64,000 nt of DNA from a virus. Shown here in pieces: positions 52,045-62,246 of this stretch. The notes under the pieces are model-generated. The model was given only the letters and a program-made list of their open reading frames with translations. It searched no databases and was not told where the DNA came from. Location: the IMG/VR virus record IMGVR_UViG_3300010885_050098, positions 12,358 to 76,357 of that record; one strand, 5' to 3'. The first letter of the stretch is position 1. The number at the start of each line of letters is the position of its first letter. A program made the position numbers and the translations under genes.

Positions 52045-54272
52045 TATGCCTCCACTGCATGCCGTCTTAAGTTATTTTCGTCAAACACTTCTGTAACAGC
52101 TTTTTTAATATCATTTCGATCATAAGTTCCCGGAGGAAAATGCAAAGCTATGTTGACTCCACCGTAGTTTACCGAATTACCCTCAGATGACGCTTTACGA
52201 GAAGTAAACCCTGGCGCACCAGTAATTCCGGGGCCACCGCTTCCTTGTGATATTGCAAGATTACCCGCACCACCAGTAATTTTAAGTCCTAGTCCGTGTA
52301 CTGGGTGTGAGGTAGTGCCAGTAGAGCCCGGAGCACCACCAATACTGTTTCCAATATCACCAGCACCCGCAAGATAATTTAACGGGTCAATTGATTGGTT
52401 ATGATCACGTACTTCAAAGTGAAGGTGAGGACCAGAGGAGTTACCAGTATTTCCGCTGTACCCAACTACATCGCCAGCTTTAATTTTATCTCCGGGTTTT
52501 GCAACAATAGAAGATAGGTGACCGTAGTAAGTCATTTTTCCATCTTCGTGTTCAATTTTACCGTAAGTTCCAAATCCACCCGGATCATCTGGATGTTGTT
52601 GTACAACTCCATCTTTTGCTGCATAAACAGGCGTACCTATTCCAACACCGTAATCAACACCGCCATGAGGTTTACCCCAACTTGCATTACGTCCTTGGTT
52701 TGTTCTTATGTAACGAGTTATTCCAAAAGGACTAGTAATTGGTGGGTTATTATTTAAAGGCATAGATAGACCAGCTTGGTCGTTTCCATTTTCTCCACCA
52801 CCATCAGGAACAACTGGGTTTGACAGAGTTCCCATTGCTCCACCTGCGGTTCCAGCAACTGCTCCCCAAGGTCCAGCAGTAACAAGACCAGTTAGTGCAC
52901 CTTGCCCAGTATCAAACGCCATATTGCCGTATTTATGGAGCCACTCGGGTCCGCCAACTTTATTCAACATTTTTTGAAGTACTTCTAAACCACCATAAAC
53001 TGCCGCGCCCTTAAATATTTTTCCAAAAAGTCCTTTTGCTCCGCCACCAGTTAAAGAACTTTTCATAGAGGAAAATGCGTTAGCACCACCCTTAGTTCCC
53101 ATAAAACTTCCAATAATTCCGGGAAGCGCCCCCATTCCCCCGCCCATTGCTCCGTTACCACCAGTAGCAAACGTATCTGCAAAACCTTTTCCAGTAAGAA
53201 CCGCTTGAAGAGCTTTTGAATGTTCTACTAATTGAGCAAATTTTTCATTAAGAGTTGTAAGAGCCGCATTAGCCGCATCAAAACCTTTAAGTAATGGTGC
53301 AGCAGACGCTTCAATTCCTTTAAGCGCTGCAGCATTTCTTTTGCTTGCACTTTCTGTATGTGGGGTAATTGCGCCAGAAGCCAGCAGTTCGTCTTTAGAT
53401 AAACCTCTACCAGTTGCTTTTTGCATCATTGCAGCAATTACGCCTTGACGAAGAATTGGGTCATTACCAAAGTATTGATCCATCATTGAAGCTAAAGCAT
53501 TACCTGGTTGTAAAGACATTGCAAGGTCTTGTTTAGTAATTCCGCCCGAACCGCTTTTGCCTCGGTTTAATGTTGCCCACAACTGATTAGCAATTTCTTC
53601 AGGTGCTTTCATAAGCCCATCAGCGCCACGAACGTTAACACCAATCATCTTAAGCATGTTTACGTTACGGCCTTGGTTAAGCGCTGCCATAGCTTGCATA
53701 CCGCCAGCTACACCAACACCGGGCATTAAGTTAGAGAACGTTGCGGCACCACTAGCAACTGTTCCAAAGTTTTTAAGGCCAGGAAGTAAACCTTGAGTTG
53801 CGCCAGTCATTGCTGCGCGAGCTGCATCTAAAGGATCAGTAACTGTTCCTTGAGCAGCCATTTTGTTCATAGTTCCATAGGCATCTTTTCCGCCATAAAA
53901 ACCAAATTGAGAACGAAGAGTGTCAGCGGTAAATGCTTGTTGAACTGAAGGCATTGCTTGTAGACCAAGGGCAGCGCCCTTACCTACAACGTTCATTACC
54001 TGACGAAGTACGCTAGGACCGCCACCTGTTCCATCGTTTTCGGCAGGGGTGTTTGTTCCAGTAGAACGACTTGAAGTATCAAATAGTTGAGAACCACCGC
54101 CACCAGGGAATGCTCCCTTAATATTTTTGGCGATATCGGCGCTAAGTTGCTTAGTTTTTTCGAGTTCGGTGTTTAATTTTTTGAACGCCGAAGTTAGGTC
54201 TGCAACTAATTCAGTCTTGCGACTAAATAAATTACCAGACCCGCCGGTTCCCATTGAACGACTAATGTCCAA
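52044..54272 (-). CDS. tape measure protein with M23 peptidase domain
   Basis: Ala/Gly-rich helical body; HGGVD...YGHL...GNTG.SSGPHLHFEVR. Confidence 0.85.
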   Translation of the reverse strand: MDISRSMGTGGSGNLFSRKTELVADLTSAFKKLNTELEKTKQLSADIAKNIKGAFPGGGGSQLFDTSSRSTGTNTPAENDGTGGGPSVLRQVMNVVGKGAALGLQAMPSVQQAFTADTLRSQFGFYGGKDAYGTMNKMAAQGTVTDPLDAARAAMTGATQGLLPGLKNFGTVASGAATFSNLMPGVGVAGGMQAMAALNQGRNVNMLKMIGVNVRGADGLMKAPEEIANQLWATLNRGKSGSGGITKQDLAMSLQPGNALASMMDQYFGNDPILRQGVIAAMMQKATGRGLSKDELLASGAITPHTESASKRNAAALKGIEASAAPLLKGFDAANAALTTLNEKFAQLVEHSKALQAVLTGKGFADTFATGGNGAMGGGMGALPGIIGSFMGTKGGANAFSSMKSSLTGGGAKGLFGKIFKGAAVYGGLEVLQKMLNKVGGPEWLHKYGNMAFDTGQGALTGLVTAGPWGAVAGTAGGAMGTLSNPVVPDGGGENGNDQAGLSMPLNNNPPITSPFGITRYIRTNQGRNASWGKPHGGVDYGVGIGTPVYAAKDGVVQQHPDDPGGFGTYGKIEHEDGKMTYYGHLSSIVAKPGDKIKAGDVVGYSGNTGNSSGPHLHFEVRDHNQSIDPLNYLAGAGDIGNSIGGAPGSTGTTSHPVHGLGLKITGGAGNLAISQGSGGPGITGAPGFTSRKASSEGNSVNYGGVNIALHFPPGTYDRNDIKKAVTEVFDENNLRRHAVEA

Positions 54273-54283
54273 TTAACTAACTC

Positions 54284-54434
54284 CTACCTACGTCTTCCAG
54301 CTCGCTGGATCCAATTACTGCGTTCTCTAAAAGACAATGATCGGATATCCGTCAAAGTCCATCCAGTAAAGTGCCGAGTTAGTGCTTCAAATTGGTCCAA
54401 TAAGTTTACGTAATCTTCGTTTTTATACTCGAAA
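54284..54434 (-). CDS. +1-frame extension of the tail chaperone (gpE'/gpGT-like)
   Basis: YKNEDYVNLLDQFEALTRHFTGWTLTDIRSLSFRERSNWI; entered at TTT-CGA. Confidence 0.65.
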
Positions 54435-55217
54435 CAATGCAGACAAGGTCAGAGGAAGATCAACAGATTCTCCACATGCCTCGCATGCCTTCTTCACCTC
54501 CCCAAGGCGTGGGCCCGGGTTGCGCTCTAGAATTTCGTCTACAAGTTTTTCACGATCTTTCCAACTGAGTTTTAGAACCGTTGACGCTCCAATTGAAGGA
54601 TTTCCATTAACCGACCCTACGCACCCAGCCAATAAAATTGTATTAAGTTCCGCTGCCGTTTTGTCAGAGTTCTCTAACAATTTTCTTTGGGTTGACCCAG
54701 TAGGTAAACCCACAACAACGGGACCAAGTTTGGATTCGTAAATCCAAGTTCTATCTTCAACGGGATCTTTTAAATCTTTAATTGGTATATCTTTGTTAAG
54801 ATCAATTAATGTTGAAGTTGGTGTCTTGCAATGAGGGCAAGTAATGTCAAAACCAATTTCACTTCCAAATGTTGCTCGACGTATTCCAATAAGAATTGCG
54901 TCTCGATCACCTGACAAGAGGGTATCTAAATCCTCTTTAGAAGCTGGTTCCATTCCAAGGCTTACTAAGCCTCTTTGTAACATTGTTGCTAATGCACGAC
55001 CCGTACTACCAGAACGAGCAATAGATTCCTCGTCTGCGCCATTTAGTTCTCTTACCTCTGCGTACTTAACCAAGGCGCCTTCCCGGTTTACAAATCCTCC
55101 GGGAAGAACAACCTCGGTATCAGAAGGAGCTTTTGTAATAATTTCTACTACAGGCTCTTCTTCAAATTGTCTAGCAGCTTTAGCAATTAATGCTGGATCT
55201 GAAATTAATTCTGCCAC
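54423..55217 (-). CDS. T4 gp26-like hub/tail assembly chaperone
   Basis: LPGG...RELNG.DE...GDRD.IL..IR..TFG; two CxxC motifs. Confidence 0.75.
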   Translation of the reverse strand: MAELISDPALIAKAARQFEEEPVVEIITKAPSDTEVVLPGGFVNREGALVKYAEVRELNGADEESIARSGSTGRALATMLQRGLVSLGMEPASKEDLDTLLSGDRDAILIGIRRATFGSEIGFDITCPHCKTPTSTLIDLNKDIPIKDLKDPVEDRTWIYESKLGPVVVGLPTGSTQRKLLENSDKTAAELNTILLAGCVGSVNGNPSIGASTVLKLSWKDREKLVDEILERNPGPRLGEVKKACEACGESVDLPLTLSALFRV

Positions 55218-55242
55218 GATTTATACTCCTTGTTTGTGTTGG

Positions 55243-55845
55243 TTAAGCTGGAAGTTTGTTGAAATTGTCATCTGTGAAGAACACAGAAAGTCCTTCATGA
55301 ACAAGTCCAATAGTCTCCACCATAATGTTGTTTCCACCTGCGTCAAGGTCAGAATAGTTCAAAGTTGAAATCCATGCGTTATGAATATGGAATCCCATTC
55401 TTGACTTGTTTGATCCGCCGAGGCCTGTAGTTGTAGCATTTGCGTTACTTGCCGCTGGGTGGTCTAGTACGTAGACCTTTAGGTCGCAACGAAAATCGTT
55501 ATTACCTAGAGCAATTCCATCTCCTGCCGCAGCAGCAAATAGGTGCTTCATCCAATCGATAGCCTGAGAGTTCTTATAGATAACCCCACGATTAAGTGAA
55601 ATTGGGTTAAATGTTGTCATTCCAGGAATCTGGTGAATGGTGGTGTTGTATCCACCTTCACGGTAAGCAATTGACTGGGTGTTAATTCCCAATCCAGTTA
55701 CGTTAGTAAAACCACCACTGAATCCAGTGATCTTGGTATTTACCAGTGATCCTTGCTGAGGCGCAAGGAATTCAACGTAGAACCGAAACGAACGAAGTGG
55801 ATCGGTTGCTACGCTAGAAAAGCGATTGATTACGCTGTCTGTCAT
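55243..55845 (-). CDS. tail tube protein (T4 gp19-like)
   Basis: DPLR.FRF.V, YREGG, PG...F..I.L.RG, E...LVHEG. Confidence 0.9.
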   Translation of the reverse strand: MTDSVINRFSSVATDPLRSFRFYVEFLAPQQGSLVNTKITGFSGGFTNVTGLGINTQSIAYREGGYNTTIHQIPGMTTFNPISLNRGVIYKNSQAIDWMKHLFAAAAGDGIALGNNDFRCDLKVYVLDHPAASNANATTTGLGGSNKSRMGFHIHNAWISTLNYSDLDAGGNNIMVETIGLVHEGLSVFFTDDNFNKLPA

Positions 55846-55860
55846 TTTTCTCTATCTCCT

Positions 55861-57351
55861 TTACGCCACAGTGACGGTTGAGCCACCGTCAAACTGGCCG
55901 ATCTTGATTACTACGAATTCAGCAGGGCGCTGTAGTGCAACACCGATTTCAATGTTAACAACACCGTTATCGATTGAAGACTGTGGATTTGTCTGTGCGT
56001 CACACTTTACGAAGAAAGCTTGACTTGGGTTTGCTCCACGAAGACCGCCTTGACGCCAAAAATCAAGAAGCAAACCTTCGCAGGCAGCTATGATTTGACG
56101 CCATAGTTTAGCATCGTTTGGTTCAAACACGGCAAAGGTTGTTAGGTCCGTCAATGACTTACGAAGGTAAATCAAAGTACGACGAACTGGGACGTACTTA
56201 TCTACGTAAGTTCCGCGAAGTGTACGAGCACCCATAACAACAATGCCTGAGCCGGTAACAAATTTAATTGCGTTAACGGCAAATGCAGAACTGTTCATTG
56301 TGTCTAGTTCTGAACTCTTTAATGTAGGAACAGATACTGCACCAGCAACTCTTGCCGCTAATCCAGCAGGAGCCTTGAATACTCCACGAGATGCATCTGT
56401 GCTTGCATAGATACCCGCAATTGCTCCACCAGGGAATGCCTTGGCTGTTACACCAGAAACAGTACTTGTTGGATCTTTAATAACAATGTATGGGTAGTAA
56501 GAAGCAGCATATGAACTTGCTGTGTAAGTCTCAGCAAGAGACATTTGAGCACCAACAGAGTTTAACTGAGGGTCAACGATAACAAATACATCGCCACGTA
56601 GAGCAGCGTAAGAAATAAGAACGTTTACAGCACTTGTTGATGAAACTCCCGGAGCATTAAGAATTAATGAGTTAGGAATAATATCAAAAGCGTTTACATC
56701 GCCAGCAATTACTGACTCAGTAACTGCAGTTCCATTAGCACCAGTTGCAAGTGGTTGTGTAATGATTACCGCAGGAAGTCGGTTTAACCCAACTTCATCT
56801 GAACCAAGATCTGTTGTTACAATGTACTTTGATTGACTATTAATAACACTAACAAGGTAGCGTTCATCATTTGCTCCCATTGTTAAATCAGTAAAACGTT
56901 CAACAATATCTGCAGAGGTTACTCCTCCATAAAATACTGTTACATCTACCGCTGCACCAGCAGTAGCATTAGAAATACTTACGTTAATGTTGTTTCCCCA
57001 TGTTCCTACGTTTGCCGCAGAAATGGTTAATCCTGATGCTGGCGAAGCTCCTCGGTCATTAACATCACGAGTAGCAGATTGAGCACCTGTTCCAACAGAA
57101 CGGCGAACATAACATGCTCCGCCACCATTTGAAAAGAACAAAAGAACAGCAATATGCAAAGTATTTTGAGTTCCAAATCCACCGTACAAATTGGTGAACT
57201 GTGACCAGGATGTAATCAGAGTTGGTTCAATTGGTCCTCGATCCGAAGCTCCAATAAAAGCCGCCACTGACTGTGCGTTTGGTCCTACTGCTGGCGGTAG
57301 TGGGTTGAGGGTTTCCTCAACGTACACACCAGGGCGAAGGTATGCAGTCAT
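55861..57351 (-). CDS. contractile tail sheath protein
   Basis: PGVYVEE, GVFKAPAG, GARTL, VFEPND..LW, PAEFV. Confidence 0.95.
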   Translation of the reverse strand: MTAYLRPGVYVEETLNPLPPAVGPNAQSVAAFIGASDRGPIEPTLITSWSQFTNLYGGFGTQNTLHIAVLLFFSNGGGACYVRRSVGTGAQSATRDVNDRGASPASGLTISAANVGTWGNNINVSISNATAGAAVDVTVFYGGVTSADIVERFTDLTMGANDERYLVSVINSQSKYIVTTDLGSDEVGLNRLPAVIITQPLATGANGTAVTESVIAGDVNAFDIIPNSLILNAPGVSSTSAVNVLISYAALRGDVFVIVDPQLNSVGAQMSLAETYTASSYAASYYPYIVIKDPTSTVSGVTAKAFPGGAIAGIYASTDASRGVFKAPAGLAARVAGAVSVPTLKSSELDTMNSSAFAVNAIKFVTGSGIVVMGARTLRGTYVDKYVPVRRTLIYLRKSLTDLTTFAVFEPNDAKLWRQIIAACEGLLLDFWRQGGLRGANPSQAFFVKCDAQTNPQSSIDNGVVNIEIGVALQRPAEFVVIKIGQFDGGSTVTVA

Positions 57352-57383
57352 AAATTAATCTCCTTTTTAAGATTGTTTTAGGG

Positions 57384-58010
57384 TTATAACGAGTAAAAGT
57401 CCAGATTGTTATTACTAAGGGGTTGGATGTCGACTTGTTCTACTGGTGTGGATGAAATTGAATCGTTTCCGATTGTCATTTCACTTACCACTCTGATATT
57501 AAAGACGTTTCTAAAGAGACGTCTTCCATCCTCGATAGTGTCGCGCTTTACGAACCCTTCGAGAAACATATGTCTAGCTACGGCAGTGCCATCTTCATTA
57601 TCGCTAGGTATTACTAAGTGACCGTATTTTCCCGGTACTTTTTTGTTCATCATTTCAAAAATAATTGTTCTATCGTGACGTGGGTTACGTGAGTAACTGC
57701 TGACTTGATAATAAAGGTCATATACTTGTGGAGCATAGTAAGAGTAAGTGGTACGCCCATCAGATACAACAGATCCTCTATTAGTATCGTCCATCCAAAA
57801 ACCAGAACTTTGTCTGTCATTTGCTGGTTGAACGTCGTAAAGTTCAATAACCATATATGGATATTCTTGTTGGCGAAGTTCTAGATCCGGGTATCCAAAC
57901 CAAACTTTTACTGGACGGGTAGGCTCTTTTAGATCAGAGACGGTAATTCCTTGAAGAAGGCTTTTTAGCGCCTTGTCTTCAGCAAATAAAAATGTTCCAT
58001 TTTGAGTCAT
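57384..58010 (-). CDS. tail terminator/neck protein
   Basis: Position upstream of sheath; YP...I.LYD...D. Confidence 0.55.
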   Translation of the reverse strand: MTQNGTFLFAEDKALKSLLQGITVSDLKEPTRPVKVWFGYPDLELRQQEYPYMVIELYDVQPANDRQSSGFWMDDTNRGSVVSDGRTTYSYYAPQVYDLYYQVSSYSRNPRHDRTIIFEMMNKKVPGKYGHLVIPSDNEDGTAVARHMFLEGFVKRDTIEDGRRLFRNVFNIRVVSEMTIGNDSISSTPVEQVDIQPLSNNNLDFYSL

Positions 58011-58318
58011 GGCAAAATTCCTTTTGCAAATAAATCGTTTAAAACGTCTTCCGCTATAGCGTTAACAACCATTGGTTCAACAGAATCAATGAGGGGTCTA
58101 AGCACAGAATTAGGGGCTTGTCCTTCAGATCCATATTCGCTATTAAAAAGATTATCTGAATGGGAACGCTTGTAGACTAAATTAATTTTTCCGCGTTTTG
58201 CTTCAAAGTTGATAGGTTCTTCCCAGCCCTTTTTTTGTAACTCAACCTGAAGAATGTCATCTAAATTTTCAGAGACTTCTTTGGCTATTTTTTGGGCGCG
58301 TTTAGTAAGGGAACTCAC
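58007..58318 (-). CDS. hypothetical (neck-region) protein
   Basis: EYG...P...LRP motif. Confidence 0.5.
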   Translation of the reverse strand: MSSLTKRAQKIAKEVSENLDDILQVELQKKGWEEPINFEAKRGKINLVYKRSHSDNLFNSEYGSEGQAPNSVLRPLIDSVEPMVVNAIAEDVLNDLFAKGILP

Positions 58319-58467
58319 TTCTTCTTCTTACCCTTAAACACTAGATATCCTGCCACGATGGTTGCGTACCCTTGCAAAGTTTTATTGCTATCGGGCGCAT
58401 TATCCGTTATTCCCTCGATAAAATCGGGAATGGTTGGACCGACGATCCACGGTTTATTGTTGGCCAT
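58315..58467 (-). CDS. small protein (50 aa)
   Basis: Read manually; AGGAGG RBS; GTGA overlap. Confidence 0.5.
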   Translation of the reverse strand: MANNKPWIVGPTIPDFIEGITDNAPDSNKTLQGYATIVAGYLVFKGKKKK

Positions 58468-58552
58468 CGCACATCCTCCTGTAGGAGTCGCAGTTATCTA
58501 AAGCAAAGGGTAGAACGGCTCCCCGCATGGGAGTTACTCCAATAGTAAATGA

Positions 58553-58574
58553 AAAAGCCCCCTTTCGGGGGCTA
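58553..58574 (-). terminator. intrinsic terminator
   Basis: AGCCCCC-GAAA-GGGGGCT-TTTT. Confidence 0.85.
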
Positions 58575-58579
58575 AGTCA

Positions 58580-58771
58580 TTACTTCTTCTTAATTTTCCT
58601 AGCTAACGCTTTATCTAACTTGGCGTCTTCTTTGCGAGATGGCTTCTTTTTATCCATCTTAGCGTCAGCCTTTTTAAACTTAGACTTTTGACCAGAGGTC
58701 ATGCCTTTCATTGCTTTTGCGTCTTGCTTCTTATCTGCTTTCATTGCTGAACAACCACATGTAGCGCACAT
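58580..58771 (-). CDS. Lys-rich small protein with N-terminal CxxCGC
   Basis: MCATCGCSAMKADKKQD... Confidence 0.65.
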   Translation of the reverse strand: MCATCGCSAMKADKKQDAKAMKGMTSGQKSKFKKADAKMDKKKPSRKEDAKLDKALARKIKKK

Positions 58772-58938
58772 TATTTCTTCTTCTTTCGTAGGGCGGCTAG
58801 GTCAGCCGCATCAATTTTCTTTGGATCTCCCGCTTTACCCGCAATCTTCTTTTGCTTTGGTGAGAGGGTCTTAGCGCCTTTTTTGCAGGCACCCTTACAG
58901 TTTGGCTTTGAACAGCCGCAACCACATGATTTGCACAT
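58771..58938 (-). CDS. Lys-rich small protein with N-terminal CxxCGCGC
   Basis: Read manually: MCKSCGCGCSKPNCKGACKKGAKTLSPKQKKIAGKAGDPKKIDAADLAALRKKKK. Confidence 0.65.
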   Translation of the reverse strand: MCKSCGCGCSKPNCKGACKKGAKTLSPKQKKIAGKAGDPKKIDAADLAALRKKKK

Positions 58939-58947
58939 ATTTTTTCC

Positions 58948-59517
58948 TTACTCTGGGTTTGTTGTTGGGTGGGGGTCTGGAAGAGAAACAGAAGCATAGT
59001 TTTGGAATTGCTCATCATTGATAAGTTCCTCCGGCATTACTTGTAGCATTCTAATGGTAAACAAAGTTCCGCGGTCATTTAAGTAACCTTCAGGCTGTAC
59101 GTGATAAGGGCGGTAAACCTGTCCCTGCCAAATAGCGCGGTAACGGTTTACATCTGAAATTTTAGCAATAAAGTGACCACGAGAATCAAAAAGTTCTGGG
59201 CTAACGTCTTGCAAATCATCCACGTTAACAGTTAAGTTAAGCATGTCAGCGTTATAAAAACCGCGCTCACTAGCTGGAACGTTTCCTTGGATTAAGTCCG
59301 CAGAAATGACGTTAAGGTCGTGTGGACCAATCCACACTCTTCCGCCCAAACCAGCATCTATGTCGTAAACAGGATCAATAGTAGAAGACGCGGCGTCAAA
59401 AATCCACCATTCCGCCACGGTACCAAAGGGATTGGTAGCATCATAAGAAATGCCATCGCCAATTTCGTTTAGTTCAAAGTCAACGGTAAATCTTCCGCCC
59501 GGCTCAAACGCACGCAT
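58948..59517 (-). CDS. head-tail connector/neck-like protein
   Basis: Structural-region position. Confidence 0.5.
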   Translation of the reverse strand: MRAFEPGGRFTVDFELNEIGDGISYDATNPFGTVAEWWIFDAASSTIDPVYDIDAGLGGRVWIGPHDLNVISADLIQGNVPASERGFYNADMLNLTVNVDDLQDVSPELFDSRGHFIAKISDVNRYRAIWQGQVYRPYHVQPEGYLNDRGTLFTIRMLQVMPEELINDEQFQNYASVSLPDPHPTTNPE

Positions 59518-59526
59518 TAAAACCCC

Positions 59527-60573
59527 TTATGATTTGTAGAATACAAGGTTACTCTGCAGCCGTTCATCTGTCGGGCTTAGTTCTGCCGCTTTTTCTCCAT
59601 ATTCAATCGCTTTATCTTTTAGGCCCAATTTGAAAGCGGCAATTGCGGCGTAATCCCATGGGGCAGAACTCCAAGCAAACTCTTCGCACAAATATTCTAA
59701 AGGTTTTTTGGTTATGGCTAAAGCCCGTTCAGCATAGATAAGGGACTCTTCCCACATAAAAAATTCATAGCAATGTCTAGCCATATCTACAAGGGCTTCC
59801 CGTCTTTCTGGGGCCTCATTTATTGCCTTAAGAAGCCACTCTTTTCTTTCATCCCCGTTAGACATTTTTGCTATGTAACGCATAGACGCTGCTCGTTCTG
59901 GTTTCCATACAGCTCTAGGGAGGCTTAGGTGTCGTTTAAATTCTTCTTTAGCTTTTTCATGTTGATTATAAAAATACAGTTCTCTAGCGTAATAAAAAGC
60001 ATTTCGATCATCATTTAAATCTTCATTAACCGCTTGTTCAAGCAGGGGAAGATACTGGGATCTAGGTTTGCTGTTATCAGCGTGGTGATGGATTTCTAAA
60101 TCAATCCAATGCTCAGAAGGAACTATGCGATCAGGAAGTAAAACTTCATGTACTGGGTGTTTCCACCGGTAACCATGACGTGAGTGGATTTTATCTCCAC
60201 CGTATTGAAGCGACGGGCTTCCGTCAGCATTCCAATTCCAAGTATATTTATATCGAGGTCTTGTTGTTTGTGTTGGCACAGATTCTAAATGTGTACGCCA
60301 CCCAGCAATAAGTACTTCATCCATATCAAGGGCAATACAATAATCAATATCGTTTGGAAGGCATGCAAGACTTGCGTTTCTAGCGTCATCAAATCGCCAA
60401 GGTTTAATAGAGATATCAACTACATTGATGCCAAGACTTTTAGCAAGGGCAACAGTGCCATCAGTAGAACCAGTGTCAGCAATAAGTAGGTAGTCAGCTT
60501 CTTTAGCGGATTCATACCATTCCTTAACAAATTGTTCTTCATTCAAAGCAATTGTGTAAACGGCTATTTTCAT
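59527..60573 (-). CDS. GT2 glycosyltransferase with C-terminal TPR repeats
   Basis: IALNE, DTGSTDGT, FDDARN, LDMDE, VHE; helical repeats. Confidence 0.85.
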   Translation of the reverse strand: MKIAVYTIALNEEQFVKEWYESAKEADYLLIADTGSTDGTVALAKSLGINVVDISIKPWRFDDARNASLACLPNDIDYCIALDMDEVLIAGWRTHLESVPTQTTRPRYKYTWNWNADGSPSLQYGGDKIHSRHGYRWKHPVHEVLLPDRIVPSEHWIDLEIHHHADNSKPRSQYLPLLEQAVNEDLNDDRNAFYYARELYFYNQHEKAKEEFKRHLSLPRAVWKPERAASMRYIAKMSNGDERKEWLLKAINEAPERREALVDMARHCYEFFMWEESLIYAERALAITKKPLEYLCEEFAWSSAPWDYAAIAAFKLGLKDKAIEYGEKAAELSPTDERLQSNLVFYKS

Positions 60574-60583
60574 AGCGCACATA

Positions 60584-60706
60584 CTACTCTGAATCTGCTG
60601 GGGCTACTAAATCGTAGCCAATAACCTCTCCAGTTGCTTCATCTTTAACTTCAAATTTTTCAAACCCAGAAGCATCTACGCCTAAGCTTTTCTTAATAAC
60701 TGTCAT
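60584..60706 (-). CDS. small protein (40 aa), possible fibre-associated
   Basis: Read manually; ATGA overlap with the fibre gene. Confidence 0.45.
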   Translation of the reverse strand: MTVIKKSLGVDASGFEKFEVKDEATGEVIGYDLVAPADSE

Positions 60707-61878
60707 GTTAATCTACCCCAGTATCCATTAGTAATATCTTTTAAAGGTGTTGCAGTACTTGGCAAATCAGATTGACCAACAATGTAGCCTCTCATTACTG
60801 GATCTAATGTGTTAAGAATAGAAGGCGGATAACCAAAAGCCAAATAGCCGGTTCCGGGAGTTGTTGCTACAACTAGTACCGCTAAGCCATATCGAACTCC
60901 AGCAGTTAAAGTAACCGTGGTATTTAAGTTTCTTGTATAAACTGTGTTTCTAGTGGTAAATAAAGAGGTATCGTTTACTGTATACCCAAGGCGAGTTGCG
61001 GTGGTTTCATCAAATGAATAGATACCAATCTTTGCTGTGGTAACCCCAGATGTTGCGGTTCCAGCAGATGCTACAGACACGGTGGTAACTGCTTTTGTTT
61101 CTAGTGGAGTAAAGAAAGTCCAGTAAACGGTTCCGCTATCAAAAGTTGCTGCTCGGTTGTCGTATCTAGGCGATACTTCAATAGCGTTTGCGGAAAAATC
61201 AAAACGTTTTCTAACAATTGCTGTTTGAGAGTAGCGAGCATCGTTTGTTGTGTTTTCAGCGCTTTGATCAAACGATATAGTTTTTGTTCCGCTGTTATAA
61301 AGAATTGGGCCAGTAACATTTTGTACATAGGCTGGGCCTGTAGCACCTGTTGGTCCTTGTGGACCTGTTGGGCCCGTAACAGTTGATGCTGCGCCTGTAG
61401 GGCCAGTTGGGCCAGTTACAGATGGGCCAGTTGGTCCAGTTGCTCCCGTAGGACCAGTTACCGTGCTAGCAGGGCCTGTAGCGCCCGTAGGGCCTGTTGG
61501 TCCAGGTACTGTAGAAGGTTGAGTTGATACAGGTCCTGTGGCTCCTGTTGGACCCGTAGGGCCTTGAATACCAGTTGGGCCAGTCACCAATGATGGTGCG
61601 CCCGTTGGACCAGTAGGTCCTTGAATTCCCTGTGGACCAGTTGGTCCCATTGGACCCGTTACGTTAGAAGCCGCACCTGTAGGACCGGTTGATCCCTGTG
61701 GGCCTGTTGGTCCAGTAGTACCAGAGGAGTAAACAAGGGTGTTCCAAGCGGTAACACCGTTACCAACTTTAAACTTACCAGTGTCGTATTCATAACCTGC
61801 TTCACCTTGAGCAAGAATTGGATTATACAAAGTCCAGTTTGCTGCTGTGTCGCGTCTGAATTGAATCTTAGTTGCCAT
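60703..61878 (-). CDS. collagen-like fibre protein with Mtd_N-like N-terminal domain
   Basis: [11 protein letters not shown]...NP.LAQGE.GYE.DT...K.G.G...WN.L; (GPT)n repeats. Confidence 0.85.
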   Translation of the reverse strand: MATKIQFRRDTAANWTLYNPILAQGEAGYEYDTGKFKVGNGVTAWNTLVYSSGTTGPTGPQGSTGPTGAASNVTGPMGPTGPQGIQGPTGPTGAPSLVTGPTGIQGPTGPTGATGPVSTQPSTVPGPTGPTGATGPASTVTGPTGATGPTGPSVTGPTGPTGAASTVTGPTGPQGPTGATGPAYVQNVTGPILYNSGTKTISFDQSAENTTNDARYSQTAIVRKRFDFSANAIEVSPRYDNRAATFDSGTVYWTFFTPLETKAVTTVSVASAGTATSGVTTAKIGIYSFDETTATRLGYTVNDTSLFTTRNTVYTRNLNTTVTLTAGVRYGLAVLVVATTPGTGYLAFGYPPSILNTLDPVMRGYIVGQSDLPSTATPLKDITNGYWGRLT

Positions 61879-62246
61879 TAGCCGTTAGCTCCTCCAGCAG
61901 TAATTGTAATGCTTCCACCGTAAACAGTGTTTGAAACTCCACCATCAACGTTTGCTGCTTCAGGGCCAGTTGGTCCTGATGACCCAATAGGACCTGTTGG
62001 TCCAGTAGGACCCGTAGGTCCAGCAACAGTAGATGTTGGTCCTGTAGATCCAGTAGGTCCTGTAGGACCTGTTGGTCCAATTGGACCCGTATCCCCAATT
62101 GGTCCAGTTGGACCTGTTGGTCCTAGTTGACCTTGAATACCTTCAGAAACAAGAAGTTTCCATACGTAACCGTCCCAGTACCAAGTTGTACCGTTAACGG
62201 TAAATTGTTGGTCTAGAAATGGTTCATCAGGAAAGTTAATTGCCAT
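61878..62246 (-). CDS. short collagen-like protein
   Basis: MAINFP...W.WDG..W followed by (GPT)n. Confidence 0.8.
   Translation of the reverse strand: MAINFPDEPFLDQQFTVNGTTWYWDGYVWKLLVSEGIQGQLGPTGPTGPIGDTGPIGPTGPTGPTGSTGPTSTVAGPTGPTGPTGPIGSSGPTGPEAANVDGGVSNTVYGGSITITAGGANG

Noticed and set aside
60703-61878. Diversity-generating retroelement target (Mtd_N-like domain)
   Set aside because: No reverse transcriptase or template/variable repeat pair seen in the window.
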